From positions 1 to 38,661 of the IMG/VR virus record IMGVR_UViG_3300031953_000059: a stretch of DNA of 38,661 nt. One strand, given 5' to 3'. Origin of the DNA: a virus (taxonomy: Duplodnaviria; Caudoviricetes). Shown in pieces: positions 23,613 through 33,129 of this stretch (position 1 is the first letter of the stretch; every line of letters begins with the position of its first letter). The notes beneath the pieces were generated by a model. That model was not told where the DNA came from, did not search any database, and saw only the letters and a list, made by a program, of their open reading frames with translations. Made by a program: the position numbers and the translations under genes.

Positions 23613-24790
23613 CAGGTTCCCCCGCGGAACGTCACCTACTCGGCTCACTAATATTCGACTCCCGGCAATACCGAAACGTTGAAGACATCGTCAACCCAGA
23701 CGACTTCGAAGACGAACGCCTCGGACGTGTCTACGCCGGCATCGGGCAGATGGTCTCCATGGGGAAACCCGTCGACCAGATCACCGTGCAGAATATGTGG
23801 CCCGAGTGGGAGATCCGCGGGATACCCTCCACGGACGTGTTCTTGTGGGCGGACGCTGAAGTGTACGTTCACGCTTCACACGAATACGCCAGGGCAGTCA
23901 AAGACGCTTCAGTGCGCCGCGGGATTCGCAACGTCATCCAGTTCATGGCCGACAACGCACGCGACGAATCGTTCCCACCACTCGACGTCGCATCCCGTGC
24001 CGCCGCGTTGCTGGACGAAATCAGACAAGGGGCATCATCGGGGCTGCTAAATGCCAGAACGTTGGCAGAAATCCTCGAAGGCACCGACACCTACGACTGG
24101 ATCATCCCCGGCCTCCTCGAACGTCAGGATCGTCTCGTCATCACCGGTGCTGAGGGTGCAGGGAAAACAACGTGGGTAAGGCAACTGGCGGTCCTAGCGG
24201 CGGCAGGTATCCACCCCACAAAGTTCACCCCGATGGCACCCCTGAAAGTCCTCGTCATTGATGCGGAGAACACGGAACGGCAGTGGCGGCGTGCAGTCAG
24301 GTGGACATCCACCGAAGCTGCCCGCATCGGTGCTGTCGACCCGCGACTGAACGTCCACATCCAGGCCGGCAGACGGATCGACATCACCCGCGGATCCCAC
24401 CTGTCGGAGATTCACCGACTGCTGGACATCCACACCCCAGATGTCCTCTTCATCGGCCCGCTCTACAAGCTCGTCCCGAAAGCGATCACGAACGATGACG
24501 ACGCAGCCCCGCTGATCGTCGCCCTCGACTCGCTGCGTGAACGTGGTGTCGCCCTGGTCATGGAAGCGCACGCGGGTAAGGCAGCGGGGATGGACGGGGA
24601 ACGCAACCTTGCACCCCGCGGATCCGCAGCACTCATGGGTTGGCCCGAGTTCGGGCTGGGCATCAGACACACGGACGACCCCCAGGTGGTGTCCGTTGTC
24701 CGGTGGCGTGGCGACCGTGACGAACGTGAATGGCCGAAGGCGATGCACAAGGGCGGTGAGTGGCCATGGATGCCAACAACCGAGTGGTGA
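23609..24790 (+). CDS. Replicative helicase (DnaB-like N terminus, RecA-fold/AAA_25 ATPase)
   Basis: AERHLLGSL...DF.D; Walker A GAEGAGKT; IDAEN; PRGSAALMGWPEFG; start ATG 23609. Confidence 0.88.
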   Translation: MTGSPAERHLLGSLIFDSRQYRNVEDIVNPDDFEDERLGRVYAGIGQMVSMGKPVDQITVQNMWPEWEIRGIPSTDVFLWADAEVYVHASHEYARAVKDASVRRGIRNVIQFMADNARDESFPPLDVASRAAALLDEIRQGASSGLLNARTLAEILEGTDTYDWIIPGLLERQDRLVITGAEGAGKTTWVRQLAVLAAAGIHPTKFTPMAPLKVLVIDAENTERQWRRAVRWTSTEAARIGAVDPRLNVHIQAGRRIDITRGSHLSEIHRLLDIHTPDVLFIGPLYKLVPKAITNDDDAAPLIVALDSLRERGVALVMEAHAGKAAGMDGERNLAPRGSAALMGWPEFGLGIRHTDDPQVVSVVRWRGDRDEREWPKAMHKGGEWPWMPTTEW

Positions 24791-25020
24791 TGGACGACAT
24801 GCTTCCGTCCGATATCGCCTTCACAGCGTTCCTGCGGTCCCTCACCCCAGCACGGGTACGCCGGGCAACCCGACCGAAGTTCCGCGGTTGGGAGCTCGCC
24901 CAGTACAGGGAAGCGAAACCTCGCCGCCCACGACGCAAATCGTCGTTCCAACCAACCGAGCAACAAATACAAATCGCAATGGCCACTATCAGGGCCGAAC
25001 GTAAACAGAAAGCAAGCTGA
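24790..25020 (+). CDS. Hypothetical basic protein
   Basis: Coupled to helicase stop; fills the gap to ssb. Confidence 0.5.
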   Translation: MDDMLPSDIAFTAFLRSLTPARVRRATRPKFRGWELAQYREAKPRRPRRKSSFQPTEQQIQIAMATIRAERKQKAS

Positions 25021-25021
25021 C

Positions 25022-25408
25022 ATGGCAAAGATCGAAATCGAATCCGCCTTCGTAGAGGCATGGAACAAGACCACCGACCAGCACCCCGCATGGGGGATGA
25101 AGACTGCGGAACCGCACTCGAAGAAGAACGACGCGGGCAAGTACGACACGGTTGGGCGTACCTTCCGCACCATCAAGGTGTCCCGTGCCTCCGGTATCGA
25201 CCTCACCCAGTTCGCCAAGGGTGACCGGGTGAAGGTGTGGGGTTCCGAACAGACAGAAACCCGCGAGCACGAGGGCAAAAAGTACTACGACCTCATCGTG
25301 TGGGCCGACCGAGTAGAGCCTGCCGACAACAAAGGCCAGAGCCCCGCGCCGGCAAAGACCGCAGATGAGCCATGGGGGAACCTGACCTCAGCAGACGTGC
25401 CGTTCTAG
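25022..25408 (+). CDS. ssb: Single-stranded DNA-binding protein
   Basis: OB-fold KGDRVKVWG...T.E.EGK.Y..L.V.A..V and acidic C-terminal DVPF. Confidence 0.8.
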   Translation: MAKIEIESAFVEAWNKTTDQHPAWGMKTAEPHSKKNDAGKYDTVGRTFRTIKVSRASGIDLTQFAKGDRVKVWGSEQTETREHEGKKYYDLIVWADRVEPADNKGQSPAPAKTADEPWGNLTSADVPF

Positions 25409-25457
25409 CTCATGTCAACACGCCTGAGTACAGACACAACACGAAAGGAAGACCGCA

Positions 25458-25550
25458 ATGGGTGACATTGGTGAACCGCTGCGTCACATCGAGCTTGAGC
25501 CTGTTGAGGCTCCGATCAGCGTCCCGCAGCCCGAGAAGGTGCCGGCGTGA
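25458..25550 (+). CDS. 30-aa peptide (not in ORF track)
   Basis: MGDIGEPLRHIELEPVEAPISVPQPEKVPA; RBS AAAGGAAG; GTGA coupling to next gene. Confidence 0.65.
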   Translation: MGDIGEPLRHIELEPVEAPISVPQPEKVPA

Positions 25551-26314
25551 ACCCGGACGAGCAGTTCAAGGGTCGGGAGAACTTCTTCCAGCGGAAGGCC
25601 AAGCAGGCTAAGCCTGCCGGTTTGCCTTCCGACCGGAAGAAATCGGAGAAGCCTGCACCTTCACCGAAGTCCGTGGTGATTCCGAAGTACAGCAGCGGCA
25701 GTGAATGGGTGCAATTCGACCGACAGGGTGTGACGAACAGCTACGACCAACTCGTATCCGCGTACCTGCGGATGGCTGGTCCGTCGCGCCTGTTGTCGCG
25801 GCAGTCGATCGATCCGAAGTTCTCTGGCAAGGAGTTTGCTGCAACGTCAGCGAAGGGCGCACGGTCGTTCAAGATCGACCCGCTTGGTCGACTGACTGGG
25901 ATTCACTACCGGCAGGTGTGGACCCCAGGCGAGAACCAGGCCGAGTGCCGCGCCGATCTCGGCAACCACGCCGAGGGTCAGTTCCCGCAGTGCCGCTGTG
26001 GCTTCTACGGCTACTACGACGGCTCGAACGATTACCACGACCGTGGTCTCGTCTCGGGAGTAGTGGAGGGCTATGGCGAAGCCGTGCTGGGGTCTCAGGG
26101 CTTCCGGGTGATGAAGGCGCGCATCCTCGCGCTGACGATCAACGACACCGTGCCGGCCCCCGTTGCGCGTCTCGTGGCTCGGAACTATGCCGAGATCCCG
26201 ATCTTCGAGACGTTCTCCCGCATGGTGTCCGAGTTCCCCACCGACTTCGAGCTCACCGACAAGCAAGCGCCGTCACCCGATACAGATCCGGACTTCTGGA
26301 CCCGCAATGCGTGA
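25547..26314 (+). CDS. Hypothetical protein with C/H-CxCGFY motif
   Basis: W.PGEN.AEC....H......CRCGFYGY; V.GVVEGYG....G..GFR...ARILAL. Confidence 0.7.
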   Translation: MNPDEQFKGRENFFQRKAKQAKPAGLPSDRKKSEKPAPSPKSVVIPKYSSGSEWVQFDRQGVTNSYDQLVSAYLRMAGPSRLLSRQSIDPKFSGKEFAATSAKGARSFKIDPLGRLTGIHYRQVWTPGENQAECRADLGNHAEGQFPQCRCGFYGYYDGSNDYHDRGLVSGVVEGYGEAVLGSQGFRVMKARILALTINDTVPAPVARLVARNYAEIPIFETFSRMVSEFPTDFELTDKQAPSPDTDPDFWTRNA

Positions 26315-26353
26315 GCGCATACGTCGCAGTGCTGACACGCCGAGTGAGGTGAA

Positions 26354-26578
26354 GTGATGACGCCCGAACAACTCGAGGCCCGCCGTAAGCAGTCCCGTGA
26401 GGCGAAAGCCCGGCAGCGGGCAGCCATGACACCCGATGAACGGGCCGCGCATCGTGCCCAGCATGACGCGAACTACCGGGATCAGCACCGTGAGGAACGC
26501 CGGCAGTACGACCGTGACCGGCTGGTCAAGATCGCCATCGACCCGAACCGCAGACGACAGACGAAAGAGGAGATCTGA
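26354..26578 (+). CDS. Hypothetical Arg-rich helical protein
   Basis: RBS GAGGTG; two MTPE/MTPD repeats. Confidence 0.6.
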   Translation: MMTPEQLEARRKQSREAKARQRAAMTPDERAAHRAQHDANYRDQHREERRQYDRDRLVKIAIDPNRRRQTKEEI

Positions 26579-26827
26579 ATGCCGACCATCACACTGCCCG
26601 ACGCATGGGCGCTCGTCGCACCGTGCGGCTGCACTGACGGACTCTGCACAGCCGTGGTCAACGGGAGGATCACCCACCCGGATGAGGCGGACGCGTGGAA
26701 GCTGTTCACCCCGCTCAAGAAGGACCGTGACAAGGAAGCGAAGCAGGGCTACAAGATCGAGGCCCGATACGGGAAGCAGAGCATCAGCGCTGACTGCCCC
26801 CACGAGCCGAAGTGGGGCATCAAGTGA
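26579..26827 (+). CDS. Hypothetical protein
   Basis: RBS GAGGAG; in operon. Confidence 0.6.
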   Translation: MPTITLPDAWALVAPCGCTDGLCTAVVNGRITHPDEADAWKLFTPLKKDRDKEAKQGYKIEARYGKQSISADCPHEPKWGIK

Positions 26828-27126
26828 CAAAGGCCAAGCCGAAGGCGGATGACCCGCGCTGCGAGCACCAGGACTTCGATGGAACGTTCCTGCACCGCGT
26901 ATCGAGCGTCCGTGATGGTGACGACTGGCATGGCCGGTCCTTCCGCAGCACATGGGTATGCGCTGAACGCGCTTGCACCCTTGACGCTCAAGCTTGGGCG
27001 TTGCGGTCTGGCGAACCAGAGGTGTTTACCTACGCCCACCGTGGGCACGACTGCGACATGTGCATGCCCGTGCAACTACCTTCCAATACACGTCAGGAGG
27101 CGAACGATGACGCTCGGAACCATTGA
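26824..27126 (+). CDS. Hypothetical Cys/His-rich protein
   Basis: GTGA overlap; CEH, C....C, H..H.C..C. Confidence 0.5.
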   Translation: MTKAKPKADDPRCEHQDFDGTFLHRVSSVRDGDDWHGRSFRSTWVCAERACTLDAQAWALRSGEPEVFTYAHRGHDCDMCMPVQLPSNTRQEANDDARNH

Positions 27127-27664
27127 CCCGACCGCCTACGAACTGGGTGGCGATGTGGACCTCAGCGACCCGCGCATCCGCCGTCTAGACGGCTGGTCCA
27201 ACCACGGCATGATGCGGTTGCAGATGCCGTTCATGACCGAGGTGGCCGAGAACCTGTGGCATGGCGGCGTGGAGCGCGGCATGGTCCTGCCCGAGTTCGT
27301 GCAGTTCAAGCTCTCGCTGTACCCGTGGGAGGACTACGAAATCCAGCACGACGTCGAGTCTCGCAAGGTCGAGATGTACGACAGCCTCGACCAGGGATTC
27401 GATCGGGTCATCGAACTCGCTGAATGGGTCAACGAGCGCCGCTTGATCGGGCCGGTCTTCGTCCACTGTCAGGCGGGCCTCAATCGTTCCAGCCTGGTCG
27501 TGGCGATGGCCCTGCTTGGTCTCGGAGATGTTGATACCGGACAAGAGGCGATCGACCTCATCCGCAAGAAGCGCGATCGCGCCTGCCTCTGCAATCCGAG
27601 CTTCGAGGCCTGGGTCCGAAAGCAGACACCCGCAAGTAGCAGCACAGAAAAGGAGGCCAACTGA
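27107..27664 (+). CDS. Dual-specificity / protein-tyrosine phosphatase family
   Basis: VFVHCQAGLNRS (HCX5R), acid-loop MYD, AIDLIRKKR....LCNPSF; RBS AGGAGG, ATG 27107. Confidence 0.9.
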   Translation: MTLGTIDPTAYELGGDVDLSDPRIRRLDGWSNHGMMRLQMPFMTEVAENLWHGGVERGMVLPEFVQFKLSLYPWEDYEIQHDVESRKVEMYDSLDQGFDRVIELAEWVNERRLIGPVFVHCQAGLNRSSLVVAMALLGLGDVDTGQEAIDLIRKKRDRACLCNPSFEAWVRKQTPASSSTEKEAN

Positions 27665-27864
27665 TGGCTGAACGCTTGGTCTATTGGGGCACCTGTGAGA
27701 AGTGTCACACCACGATGACACTCTCGCCGCATCCCGAGCGCGGGCCGCTACCGCTGACGAGCGATACCGAGGACGGGTGGGAAACCGCCAGCCCCGATTG
27801 CCCCCTGTGCGGCCACTGGATCGACATCGAGGGCTCTGATCCGGTCGAGGGGTTCCGACTGTGA
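27664..27864 (+). CDS. Zinc-ribbon protein
   Basis: CEKC ... CPLCG; RBS AGGAGG. Confidence 0.6.
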   Translation: MAERLVYWGTCEKCHTTMTLSPHPERGPLPLTSDTEDGWETASPDCPLCGHWIDIEGSDPVEGFRL

Positions 27865-28238
27865 CCGCCCTCGACCTCGACGCCATCCAGGCGCGAGCAG
27901 ACGCCGCGACAGTCGGCCCCTGGGTGATGACGGCTCAGGGCGGGATCGAGTCGGCTAGCTACAGGGGTCCTGGCGAAGACTTCACCTCTGTCGCGTCCAC
28001 TCGCACTCAGAACAACTGGGAGTTCATCGCTCATGCCCGTGAGGACGTGCCGGCCCTGGTCGCTGAGGTGCGGCTGTTGCGGGGACGAATCGTGCGCGCC
28101 AAGAGCCGGTTGCATGCCGGCTCGATCCCACTGGGCATGTCAGAGGCGCAGTTCAACTCGGCCACGATCCTCGACACTCTGGCGATCCTGGCCCGCCCAC
28201 TATCTAGCCATTCCCCCACAGATCGGAGCACCGAATGA
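27861..28238 (+). CDS. Ead/Ea22-like phage protein
   Basis: LDAIQARADAAT.GPW ... EFIAHAREDVPALVAEVRLLR. Confidence 0.65.
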   Translation: MTALDLDAIQARADAATVGPWVMTAQGGIESASYRGPGEDFTSVASTRTQNNWEFIAHAREDVPALVAEVRLLRGRIVRAKSRLHAGSIPLGMSEAQFNSATILDTLAILARPLSSHSPTDRSTE

Positions 28239-28609
28239 ACGCCACGAAAGCCCCTGAAATCCGCATGGCATGGCACGTCGGTCCCGAAGGGCACCCCTGG
28301 CTCACTCAGGTTGACGAGCACCGGGGCCGACTCCGAATCGAGCCGCACAAGGTGGAGTTCAACTGGTGGGCCTCCCCCTTCGAGTCCGAGCCGCGATGGT
28401 ACGTGACCGTCATCGGTCCGCTGGTCCGCTTCACCGACGACGGTCTCAGCCGCGTCATGGGACGGGTCACCTACTGGTCCAACGAGGACCAGCGCATCGA
28501 GAAGATGCTGACCTCTGCGCCCGCGTGGGTGCGTGCTCTGGTTGACCAGGCATTCGCGATCATCGGTGACCCGCTATCCATCCATATCGAGAACGGAGAG
28601 AGCCGATGA
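28235..28609 (+). CDS. Hypothetical protein
   Basis: ATGA overlaps at both ends; RBS GGAG. Confidence 0.6.
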   Translation: MNATKAPEIRMAWHVGPEGHPWLTQVDEHRGRLRIEPHKVEFNWWASPFESEPRWYVTVIGPLVRFTDDGLSRVMGRVTYWSNEDQRIEKMLTSAPAWVRALVDQAFAIIGDPLSIHIENGESR

Positions 28610-28887
28610 GCGAACTACCGAAGTACACGCTGGCCGAAGCGCAGGAAGCGAAGGACTCGCTTGTTTCGGCCATTGAGTTTGCGTTCTTCACTGCGCTGGC
28701 CGATATAACCGAGCGCGGTGGGCAGACTCCGCAGCTAGGCCCGGTTGATGGTGGCGGCATGGCACCCCATCGGGGACGACACGATCTGATCGTCGCCCTG
28801 GTAGACCGTCTAGTTCACGAGCCCGACATCGTGCTCTACCCGGTACCGACATCACAGGCTGTTGACACAAAGGATGCAGAAGCATGA
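28606..28887 (+). CDS. Hypothetical protein
   Basis: ATGA overlaps at both ends. Confidence 0.6.
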   Translation: MSELPKYTLAEAQEAKDSLVSAIEFAFFTALADITERGGQTPQLGPVDGGGMAPHRGRHDLIVALVDRLVHEPDIVLYPVPTSQAVDTKDAEA

Positions 28888-29480
28888 GTCGGCCCTACAA
28901 CCGAACCTGCGAGGTCGAAGGCTGCGGACGCCCCAGCAGAGGCAAACACTGCGGTGCTCACGCAACCCGGCTGAGAAAATATGGTGAGCTCGGAAGCGCC
29001 ACCGTGCGCCGGATGCTTCCGGTAGGTACGACTGCCGCCGCGAAAATCGACCTGATTGGCTGGACGGTCAGCGACACCGGGTGCTGGGAGTGGAACGGTC
29101 GCCGGGACAACACTGCAAAATCGACCTACGCACGCGTGGATGACGAAACCGCCTTCCCGCTACTCGCTCACAGGGTCGCCTATGAGAAATGGGTTGGTCC
29201 GCTCGATCCTGAAGTAGTGCTCCTGCACCTGTGTGACAACCCCGGATGCATCAACCCCGACCACCTTCGCGCCGGCACTCAGCTCGAGAATCTTCGAGAC
29301 ATGCGCGACAAGGGACGATCAGCCCCGCAGCAACGTACTCACTGCGTCAACGGCCACGAATACAGCCTCGAGAACACGCATTGGCAGCGGCGCACCAACG
29401 CTCCTGCAACTCGACGCTGCAGGACTTGTGCCGCTGCCAGCAACGCTCGCGGCTACGCAGCGAGGACCGGGACTCGGTGA
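28884..29480 (+). CDS. HNH homing-type endonuclease
   Basis: GCWEWNG, AHRVAYE, LHLCDNPGCINPDHL..GT..EN, HCVNGHEY..EN. Confidence 0.9.
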   Translation: MSRPYNRTCEVEGCGRPSRGKHCGAHATRLRKYGELGSATVRRMLPVGTTAAAKIDLIGWTVSDTGCWEWNGRRDNTAKSTYARVDDETAFPLLAHRVAYEKWVGPLDPEVVLLHLCDNPGCINPDHLRAGTQLENLRDMRDKGRSAPQQRTHCVNGHEYSLENTHWQRRTNAPATRRCRTCAAASNARGYAARTGTR

Positions 29481-29614
29481 TGACCTTCGAGTTCGATCTG
29501 TGGCCGGCGTGGTGCTGTGAGCACTGTGGCGTGCAAGAACGAGGCAGGATGCTCTGGTTCCTGAACCACGGCACCTGCCGATGGAAGGCCGGACATGAAC
29601 CGCACAGTATTTCG

Positions 29615-29659
29615 TCTAGTCCGCTTGACTAGAACTGTCTAGCAAAGTAGACTAACCTT
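29615..29659 (+). promoter_or_regulatory. Leaderless hicAB promoter with two operator palindromes
   Basis: TTGACT(29625-30)-N17-TAGACT(29648-53), ATG 6 nt later; inverted repeats TCTAGTC-N5-GACTAGA and GTCTA-N6-TAGAC overlap -35 and -10. Confidence 0.8.
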
Positions 29660-29860
29660 ATGACCAGCAGCCAGGACACCCGGAAGGTCGTCAAAATGCT
29701 CCGCAACGCGGGGTGGACGGCAGGCCGCACAATTGGATCGCACACCGCCTGGGTCGGCCCGAACGGAACCCCGTTCAGCCTCCCAGACGGACACCGCGAA
29801 ATCAGCCCCGGCGTCTACCGGAACCTGCTGAAGGCCATGAAGGAGGACGAAGCCCGATGA
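29660..29860 (+). CDS. hicA: HicA-family toxin
   Basis: 66 aa; VVKMLRNAGW...R..GSH..W......P.GHREISPGVYRNL. Confidence 0.9.
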   Translation: MTSSQDTRKVVKMLRNAGWTAGRTIGSHTAWVGPNGTPFSLPDGHREISPGVYRNLLKAMKEDEAR

Positions 29861-30240
29861 TGCACTACAAGGCAACAGCCACCCGAGAGGGGAAGTGGTG
29901 GATGGTCACCATCCCCGACCTCGACGGGCTCACACAGGCCCGCCGGCTCTCTGAGGCTCAAACGATGGCACGCGAGTGGATCGCCGTCACCCTCGATGTT
30001 CCTCTGGAAGAAGTCGACGTGACCGTGTACGTCTCACACGTCGCTGACATCGAGGTCGAGGGTTCGGTCATTCAGATCAAGGAGTGGCGGGCGAGTGCGG
30101 CGGACGCGGAGGCTCGAGCGCTTGAACAGGCCGAGCGTCTGGCGAAGGATCTTGCGGCAAAGGGAGTTCCGGTGCGCGACATCGGGACGATCCTCGACCT
30201 TTCGTTTCAGCGAGCTCATCAGCTCGTGACTAAGAACTAG
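29857..30240 (+). CDS. hicB: HicB-family antitoxin with C-terminal HTH
   Basis: Y.ATATREGKWWMVTIPDLDGLTQARRLSEA..MAREWIA; C-terminal PVRDIGTILDLSFQRAHQL. Confidence 0.88.
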   Translation: MMHYKATATREGKWWMVTIPDLDGLTQARRLSEAQTMAREWIAVTLDVPLEEVDVTVYVSHVADIEVEGSVIQIKEWRASAADAEARALEQAERLAKDLAAKGVPVRDIGTILDLSFQRAHQLVTKN

Positions 30241-30268
30241 CGAGTAAACGGCCTGAGGAGGTCACGAA

Positions 30269-30622
30269 GTGAGCTACGACGACAACCCGTACTACAACCC
30301 CGAGAAGCACGGGCTAGTGAAAGTAACAGAGCACGAACTGGCGGAGGCTAGCTATTCATTCGACATCCTCGCGGTGTGGAAGGGTGCTGCTGGCTACTAC
30401 CTCGCTACCGATTCGGGATGCTCGTGCCCTACACCGTTTGAGGACTATGAAGGGGTAGCTGACATGACCGGTCCATTGACGGTCGAGCAAGCTATCGAGG
30501 AGTCATCCAACCTCAAGCGAACGGCATACAACCCGACCTACGACATCGTCGGTTTCAACCAGTTCATTGCCGCGATTCGTGCCAGTGAAACGGTGGCGCT
30601 ACCTATGGATAACGGCTCGTGA
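30269..30622 (+). CDS. Hypothetical phage protein
   Basis: RBS GAGGAGG; YY.PEK.GL, DSGCSCPTPFE motif. Confidence 0.7.
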   Translation: MSYDDNPYYNPEKHGLVKVTEHELAEASYSFDILAVWKGAAGYYLATDSGCSCPTPFEDYEGVADMTGPLTVEQAIEESSNLKRTAYNPTYDIVGFNQFIAAIRASETVALPMDNGS

Positions 30623-31932
30623 CCATGTTTTTCAGCATTCTGATGGGAATGACCGCACGATGGGCCAATCGGCACGGCTATCGCGTCACCTTGACGGGGC
30701 CGATTGATTTCGACCACCCCGAGTACCAGACCGGACAGATGATCTGGGAACCAAAACGTATGAATAGTTCGGAGGGATCGTGAGCCTGCTGGAAATGATG
30801 GTGGAAGCGGATGAGCTGACTGAGGTGTTCTTCAAGGCTCGCCGAGATTTCTTCTACGAACTAGACCTCGCCACTCCAGCTAATCCAGTACAGAAGTACG
30901 ACTCAGCACTGATGACCGAAGCGCTCCTGCGAGGTCTGATAGCCGTGCGTGACCATGTACGTGGGAGTTCAGGTGTGGAGTGAACAAGCCGTCCGTGAGG
31001 CGGCAATGAACTGGCGTGCAGCGCACGAGACCCTGGTCATCATGAAGGACAAGAGTGGTGCTCGCCTCGCTGACGGCTACGCCTCAGCGCTCGAAATGAT
31101 CCTGCGACCAGAACCAACACGCGAGAATGCACGACCCGAGGAGGGGCGATGAGCATATGGGCCGAGCGTGCCGAACAGGAAAGGGCGCGCGCCGTCGAAC
31201 AACTAGCCGCGCACTTCGGCATTGAGGGACACCTCAACCGGGCCGGGCATATCGTCATCCGCCACAGTGATGCAGAACGCCTCAAGGCTGACTATGCAAG
31301 CTACCCCGCTGAGACTCCATTCCCGCCTGGCCGTGGGCAGTTGTGGGGAATCCCGCTCGAGGCTGCGCCGGACTGGACGTTCGATCCCGCATCGGTCGCC
31401 TGGGCACGCCTGATCGCGTCCGTCTCGATCACGCTCCGACTCCGGCAGATTGTCCGGCGGTTGAGTCGCCTGCTAGACCGCCTATCCCCTGCTTTGGAGA
31501 CACCCAATGTCTAAGTTCACCTACCTAGTAGAGTCCGACGTTCCGCTGGGCGTGTTCTCGGGGATGGGCAACACCGCAATTGTCTCGCCTACCCAGCTGG
31601 ACCCTCTGACCGTGAAGCATGTTCAACGCTCCGCGACGAGTGGCCCGCAGAGCATCCACGAGACGACGATCACCCTCGAGTTGATCCGAGTCTCGGACAC
31701 TATCTGAGCATAAGGAGACATCGTGAGCACGAACGCGGGGCAGTACCCATGCGACCGAGGCACCCCTGGCAATGTCAGCTCGCGTGGGTGGCACAACTTT
31801 CAGGCAGGTCCAACCGGCGCTGTCGTTTGCACCCTCTGCGGCGAACGCCGTGGCTCCCAACCGTGGACGCCATCGCCGTTTCCTCCGATGCCTCAATATC
31901 GAGGTCCATTCAGCACATCTCTGCCTTGGTAG
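30619..31932 (+). CDS. Run of small hypothetical genes (30619-30783, 30780-30983, 30973-31152, 31149-31514, 31507-31707, 31723-31932)
   Basis: Contiguous plus-strand ORFs with overlapping stop/start codons and GGAG-type RBS; no recognisable domains. Confidence 0.55.
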
Positions 31933-31963
31933 AGCAACTACGCACCCATTTGAGGAGAGAACG

Positions 31964-32236
31964 ATGACCGACATACTCACGACCGCCGCCGAGCTGTACA
32001 CCAATGCCAGCACGGGCGAGTGGATTCTTGACACCGAGGAAGCCACCGTGACCAAGGCGCTGTACGACGAGGTGGTTGCGTTGCGTGCCGTGATCGGGCG
32101 TTGTGAAGCCAGGTCGGGTAGCGCATCGAACGCTCGTTGCGATCGGGTCACGGGCCACACGGGTGCACACGAGTCTTCCGACCGGGGCTTCATCGTGTGG
32201 ACCAATCGAGACGATTGGCAGCCTGCCGCCGAGTAG
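31964..32236 (+). CDS. Hypothetical protein with C..C..HxGxH motif
   Basis: RBS GAGGAG, ATG 31964; RCEA...RCDRVTGHTGAH...W. Confidence 0.6.
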   Translation: MTDILTTAAELYTNASTGEWILDTEEATVTKALYDEVVALRAVIGRCEARSGSASNARCDRVTGHTGAHESSDRGFIVWTNRDDWQPAAE

Positions 32237-32344
32237 GTGGCATATCGAAACGTGCTCCGCCAACTTTGCACCCAGTCCCACTAGGACTTGGAGAAGCACC
32301 AGGCCCAGCATCCGATAGTTACCACCCACCCGAAGGGAACCAGC

Positions 32345-32887
32345 GTGGCAGACCATCCAGGTTTCGTCTATTACGTCCAAATTGGGCGGTATGTCAAGAT
32401 CGGCTATTCAATGGATTGGCGGTCGCGTATTGCGTCCTATCCGCCAGATTCAGTCCTTCTCGCTGTAGAAGTCGGCGGGCGAGATCTTGAGTCAATCAGG
32501 CATGACCAGTTTTCACGCGACCTCGACGCACGACGTGAGTGGTTCCGCTCCAGCACTGCAATTCGGGAGCATTGCCTTTCGCTAAGGGGCATATCTCAGT
32601 CAATCGCAGGGAGCACGCTAGGGCTCCTGTCCGAAGGCGCGCCACGGTCGGCTCGGACCATGGAGCTCCGGCGTGAACGGGCCGCATCGGGAGACTGGCT
32701 GACTCTTCCTGAGGTTGCCGGTGAGTTGGTAGTCAGCATCAAAACCGTTCGCCGCATGATCACCCGAGGTGATCTGACTGCAAAGAGGTTCGGGCCGCGC
32801 CTCATCCGTGTCGCTAGGGATAGCGTCACTCAGGCTGGGCGTGCGCTGCAATATACCGACCCAAAGGACACCACATGGCAATCCTGA
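32345..32887 (+). CDS. GIY-YIG (T5orf172-like) domain fused to excisionase-type HTH
   Basis: VYYVQIGRYVKIGYS, E...H.QF......REWF; C-terminal WLTLPEVA..L.VS.KTVRRMI..G.L.A.RFG.R.IRV. Confidence 0.8.
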   Translation: MADHPGFVYYVQIGRYVKIGYSMDWRSRIASYPPDSVLLAVEVGGRDLESIRHDQFSRDLDARREWFRSSTAIREHCLSLRGISQSIAGSTLGLLSEGAPRSARTMELRRERAASGDWLTLPEVAGELVVSIKTVRRMITRGDLTAKRFGPRLIRVARDSVTQAGRALQYTDPKDTTWQS

Positions 32888-33051
32888 CCGTTGATAACCG
32901 ACACCAGACATCCAAACCCCCGATGGTCACCCGAGACAAACGCACAAGCGGTCACGATCTGATCACCATCACATGGGGCACACTCACCATCCGTGTCGAA
33001 GCCGAAGAGGCACGCGAGCTCGCACAACGGTTAGCGACCGTGCTCTTCTAA
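32875..33051 (+). CDS. Hypothetical protein (not in ORF track)
   Basis: 58 aa MAILTVDNRHQTSKPPMVTRDK...; RBS AAGGA. Confidence 0.55.
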   Translation: MAILTVDNRHQTSKPPMVTRDKRTSGHDLITITWGTLTIRVEAEEARELAQRLATVLF

Positions 33052-33129
33052 CCCACCCCCAGCACCACACCTTGGACCGTCACCCATCACCGGGTCGGCG
33101 GTCCTTTCGCATTGCCCGAAGGGAAACAA

